NCBI GenBank assembly: GCA_026707325.1
Contig: JAPOXA010000139.1
Location: forward strand, 3,570-67,569
DNA length: 64,000 bases
Source of the DNA: Acidobacteriota bacterium
GTDB lineage: Bacteria > Acidobacteriota > Thermoanaerobaculia > Multivoradales > Multivoraceae
Direction: 5' to 3'
The number at the start of each line of letters is the position of its first letter. Position 1 is the stretch's first letter. Below, piece by piece: positions 60,839-64,000 of the stretch. The translations under genes were made by a program, and so were the position numbers. The notes under the pieces are model-generated. The model did not search any database. It saw only the letters and a program-made list of their open reading frames with translations, and had not been told where the DNA came from.

Positions 60839-62609
60839 CGCGCTGGCTCTTCAGGTACATCGAGGCGATCACGTCGCGGTAGCGCTCGTTGACGATCTTC
60901 CTGCGCACCTTCAGCGTAGGCGTGATCTCGCCCTCCTCGAGCGTCAGTTCCCGCTCGAGCAGCCGGAAGCGGCGCACCCGCTCGTGGGTCGGCAGCCGCT
61001 CGTTCGCGCGGTCGAGCACGCCCTGGACGAGCTCCTGGAGACGCGGGTCCTGACGGAGTTCCGAAGGTTCCATTTCGGTGAACGGCTCCGGCGGCTCCGC
61101 GTAGTTGGGCACGATCAGGGCGTTGAGGTACGGGTAGCCGTCGCCGACCACGACCACCTGGGCGATCGCGGGGTGCGTGATCATCATCTGCTCGATCGGC
61201 TGGGGCGCCACGTTCTTGCCGCCGCTCGTCACCAGGAGGTCCTTCTTGCGGTCCGTGATGTAGAGGTAGCCGTCGTCGTCAAGACGGCCGATGTCGCCGG
61301 TGTGGAACCAGCCGTCCGGGTCGATCGCCTCGGCGGTGGCCTCGGGCTTCTTCCAGTAGCCCTGCATCAGGCCCTCGGTGCGGGCGAGGATCTCGCCGTC
61401 GTCCGCGATGCGAAGCGAGACCCCGGGTGCGGCCTTGCCGACCGAGCCCCGGCGAGAGGCGCCGGGGTACTCCACGGCCAGAACCGGCGCCGTCTCGGTC
61501 AACCCGTAGCCCTGGTAGAGGCGGATGCCGATCGCGTCGAAGAACTCGGCGACTTCATTGGCGATCGCGGCGCCGCCTGAAATCGCGAACCGCAGGCGGC
61601 CCCCGAACCGCTGCTTGATCTTGCGGAACACGAGGCGGTCGGCGAGCAGGCCCTGGAGCGCCGCGCCGCCGCGCTCAGCGCGCCGCTTGCCGACCTTGAG
61701 CGCCCAGGCGATCAGCCGGCGGCGGGCCGGCGGCTGGCTCGCGAACAGGTTCTGGATGCGAAGGTAGGCGCTTTCGTAGAGCCTGGGCACCGAACACAGG
61801 ACGGTGGGCCGCACGTCCGGCATCAGGCCGGCGACGCGCTCGATCGCGGGGGAGTAGTGGATCGACACTCCGCGGTAGAAGAAGAGGTAGTCGACCGTGC
61901 GCTCGAAGACGTGGGAGAGCGGCAGGAAGGAGAGCGCCTGGTCGTCCTCTCCCAGGGGGTAGAGCTCCTGGCAGGCGAGGATGTTCGAGACGAAGTTCCG
62001 GTGCGACAGGACGACGCCCTTGGGGTCGCCGGTGGTGCCGGAGGTGTAGATGATGCTCGCCGTGTCGTCCCGGCCGACCCGTCCGCTGAACGTCGCGAGG
62101 TCGCCATCCGTGGCCGGCGGCGCGCCGGCGATCAGGGCGTCGAGATGGGTGCCGCCGGGGGCCGCCGCCTCGGCGTCCAGCGCCACCATCCGCAGACCGC
62201 GCTGCCCATCGCTGTCCCCGGCGCCTTCGTCGCCGTGTGGAACGATGCCGGAGAGCAGGTCCCGTTTCGCCTTGTCGTCGTAGAAGATCCAGCCGGCGCC
62301 GCTGTCGAGCAGGATGTAGGCGACCTGGGGCGCGTTGAGGGTCGGATAGATCGGCACGGACACCGCGCCGAGCAGGTGGCAGGCGAAGTCGACGATGTGC
62401 CACTCCGGCCGGTTGGTCGCGAACAGCGCCACACGGTCGCCCTTGGCCACGCCGCGCGACTCGAGCGCCCTGGCGGTCTGGCAGACGGCGTCGAGAAACT
62501 CCCGGGCGGAAAGCGAGTCCGTCCGGCGATGGCGCCGGATGGACAGCAGGGCCTCGCGTTCGCCGTAGCGTTCCGCTACGACCCGAAGCAGGTCGGACAG
62601 GGTCTCCAA
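60831..62609 (-). CDS. AMP-dependent synthetase/ligase (long-chain-fatty-acid--CoA ligase-like)
   Basis: IIYTSGTTGDPKGV, YGLTE, GWFHTGD, TDRKKDLLV, SGGKNVAPQP. Confidence 0.85.
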   Translation of the reverse strand: METLSDLLRVVAERYGEREALLSIRRHRRTDSLSAREFLDAVCQTARALESRGVAKGDRVALFATNRPEWHIVDFACHLLGAVSVPIYPTLNAPQVAYILLDSGAGWIFYDDKAKRDLLSGIVPHGDEGAGDSDGQRGLRMVALDAEAAAPGGTHLDALIAGAPPATDGDLATFSGRVGRDDTASIIYTSGTTGDPKGVVLSHRNFVSNILACQELYPLGEDDQALSFLPLSHVFERTVDYLFFYRGVSIHYSPAIERVAGLMPDVRPTVLCSVPRLYESAYLRIQNLFASQPPARRRLIAWALKVGKRRAERGGAALQGLLADRLVFRKIKQRFGGRLRFAISGGAAIANEVAEFFDAIGIRLYQGYGLTETAPVLAVEYPGASRRGSVGKAAPGVSLRIADDGEILARTEGLMQGYWKKPEATAEAIDPDGWFHTGDIGRLDDDGYLYITDRKKDLLVTSGGKNVAPQPIEQMMITHPAIAQVVVVGDGYPYLNALIVPNYAEPPEPFTEMEPSELRQDPRLQELVQGVLDRANERLPTHERVRRFRLLERELTLEEGEITPTLKVRRKIVNERYRDVIASMYLKSQRVS

Positions 62610-62619
62610 GGTCCGAACG

Positions 62620-63387
62620 CTAGCACCGCCGCGGCCGCTCTCCGAACAACGCGGAACCGATCCGCACGTGCGTGGCGCCCTCGAGGACCGCGGCCTCGAA
62701 GTCGGCGCTCATGCCCATCGACAGCCACCCCTCCCGGTTTCCGAACAGGCCGCCGCGGGCCAGCCGGTCGCGCAGGCGTCTGAGAGCGGCGAAGTCGGAG
62801 CGGGACTCGCGCCGGTCGGAGCGCCGGGGAGGGATCGCCATCAGGCCGCGGACCCTCAGGTGCTCGAGCTCGCCGATGCGCAGCATCGCCTCCGTGTTCT
62901 CGGGCAGGAAGCCGTGCTTGCTCGGCTCGCGGCCGATGTTCACTTCGAGCAGACAGCCGCGGACGCCGAGCCCCCGGCTGCCGAGCACACGGTCCAGCCG
63001 CTTGGCGATCTTTGGCCGGTCGACGGCTTCGAACACGTCGAAGGCGTCGCAGGCGCGCCCCGCCTTGTTCGTCTGCAGGGGTCCGATCAGGTGCCAGGCG
63101 ACCCGGTCGCCGTAACCGTCGTCGCGCAGCGCCTCGCGGTGCGCCTCGCCCTCCTGGACCTGGTTCTCGCCGAGGATGCGGAGACCGGCGTCCAGCGCCG
63201 CGGCGATGCGCTCGAGTGGCTGCCGCTTGCAGGCACCGACCAGGGCGACCTCTTCCGGCTCCCTGCCCGCCTGCCGGCAGGCTTCCGCCAGCCGCTCCGC
63301 TATCTCCGCGTAGCGCTCGGCCGCCGTCTTCCCCGGCGCTTCGCTCAGCCGGTCTCTCCGCCGTCCAGGTACAGGATTCGCTGGCAT
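62620..63387 (-). CDS. yggS: YggS family pyridoxal-phosphate homeostasis protein
   Basis: PLP lysine in VGACKRQP. ILGENQVQE. HLIGPLQTNKA. N-terminal start uncertain (overlaps the upstream gene by 43 nt). Confidence 0.8.
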   Translation of the reverse strand: MPANPVPGRRRDRLSEAPGKTAAERYAEIAERLAEACRQAGREPEEVALVGACKRQPLERIAAALDAGLRILGENQVQEGEAHREALRDDGYGDRVAWHLIGPLQTNKAGRACDAFDVFEAVDRPKIAKRLDRVLGSRGLGVRGCLLEVNIGREPSKHGFLPENTEAMLRIGELEHLRVRGLMAIPPRRSDRRESRSDFAALRRLRDRLARGGLFGNREGWLSMGMSADFEAAVLEGATHVRIGSALFGERPRRC

Positions 63388-63992
63388 GAGTCGCAGGGCA
63401 CCAGTGCGCCCTGGGTCTGAATCTGCACGACGACCTGAGGCCTGATCCGGTAGTTGCAGAACGAACAGTGCCGGATGGGAGCGCCGCCGCTCTCCACGAC
63501 TCCGATGGCGGCCAGCGGCGCGCCGCCGTGGCGGTCGAACAGACGCTCGTACTGGAGGAGGGCGGCGGGCGGAAGGCGTTCACGGAACACCTCGATCCGC
63601 CCCTCGAGCGCTTCGACCCGCTTGCGCATCTCGGGCTTCTGCTCTTCCCACACGGCGAGCTGCTCCTGGTACTGCTGGTCGAGGGTCTCGAACGCGCCGC
63701 GGATCTCGTCGAGCTGTGCCGACGCCTCGTCCTGGCGCTCGATGGCCAGCAGCGCCTGCTCGTCCGCTTCACGCATGCCGGCGCGCACCGTGTCGATCTC
63801 ACTGAGAAGGGCGCCGTACTCGCGCTGCGTCGTCACGCGGGCTATCTGTTCCTGGTAGCGCTCGATGCTCTCCTTTCCCGCCGCCGCTTCCGCTTCCGCG
63901 GCGCGGCGCTCGAGTTCGGCCTGCTGGCACTCCTGCTCGAGCCGTTCGATCTCGCTCCGTTGCTGTTCGTACTGGTCGTGGAGCTCCTGCAT
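63345..63992 (-). CDS. coiled-coil protein with C-terminal C4 zinc ribbon (COG1579-like); 5' end possibly beyond the window
   Basis: Long Glu/Gln-rich coiled coil, then CSFCNYRI...CDSCQRILY. The frame stays open to the window edge. Confidence 0.6.
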   Translation of the reverse strand: MQELHDQYEQQRSEIERLEQECQQAELERRAAEAEAAAGKESIERYQEQIARVTTQREYGALLSEIDTVRAGMREADEQALLAIERQDEASAQLDEIRGAFETLDQQYQEQLAVWEEQKPEMRKRVEALEGRIEVFRERLPPAALLQYERLFDRHGGAPLAAIGVVESGGAPIRHCSFCNYRIRPQVVVQIQTQGALVPCDSCQRILYLDGGETG

Positions 63993-64000
63993 CGACTCGG

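Overview
Replication-origin-proximal stretch of a high-GC (roughly 65-70% by eye) chromosome from a diderm bacterium, densely packed with conserved housekeeping genes.

Gene order from start to end:
- dusB (5' partial), a small hypothetical, a lipoprotein penicillin-acylase-family hydrolase, then tmRNA with an encoded ANDELALAA tag.
- A minus-strand string comEA, FimT/GspH-like pilin, mtnA, DUF2332.
- Two tandem lepB genes; pyrK-pyrD-pyrF (minus); a membrane alkaline-phosphatase-superfamily protein.
- bactofilin, parB, parA, rsmG (minus), with two perfect parS sites inside the rsmG 5' end.
- A 415-nt gap holding a 30-bp perfect inverted repeat.
- jag, yidC, yidD, rnpA, rpmH (minus); two tRNA-Ser genes; tadA; SRP RNA (ffs); dnaX-ybaB-recR.
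- A minus-strand mutY-DegT aminotransferase-class III aminotransferase string.
- The origin block dnaA-dnaN-gyrB-gyrA, then transaldolase, an M20 peptidase, a CYTH protein and a sugar nucleotidyltransferase.
- thrA-asd-thrB-thrC (minus); convergent ruvB and ruvA; ppiD.
- One long plus-strand operon: mreB-mreC-mreD-mrdA-rodA-rng, a Kdo/WaaP-type kinase fused to a glycoside-hydrolase-like domain, wzm-wzt (Wzt has a C-terminal carbohydrate-binding domain), and a DUF3467 protein.
- An AMP-dependent ligase, yggS, and a C4 zinc-ribbon coiled-coil protein at the window edge.

No prophage, CRISPR array or transposase is visible.

The least conventional content is the elongasome operon extended by a kinase fusion plus an ABC-2 glycan exporter, the FimT-like pilin next to comEA, the 30-bp inverted-repeat element, and the bactofilin-parAB linkage.

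The many long antisense ORFs in the six-frame track are high-GC artefacts. Coordinates of non-CDS features were read by eye and may be off by 1-2 nt.
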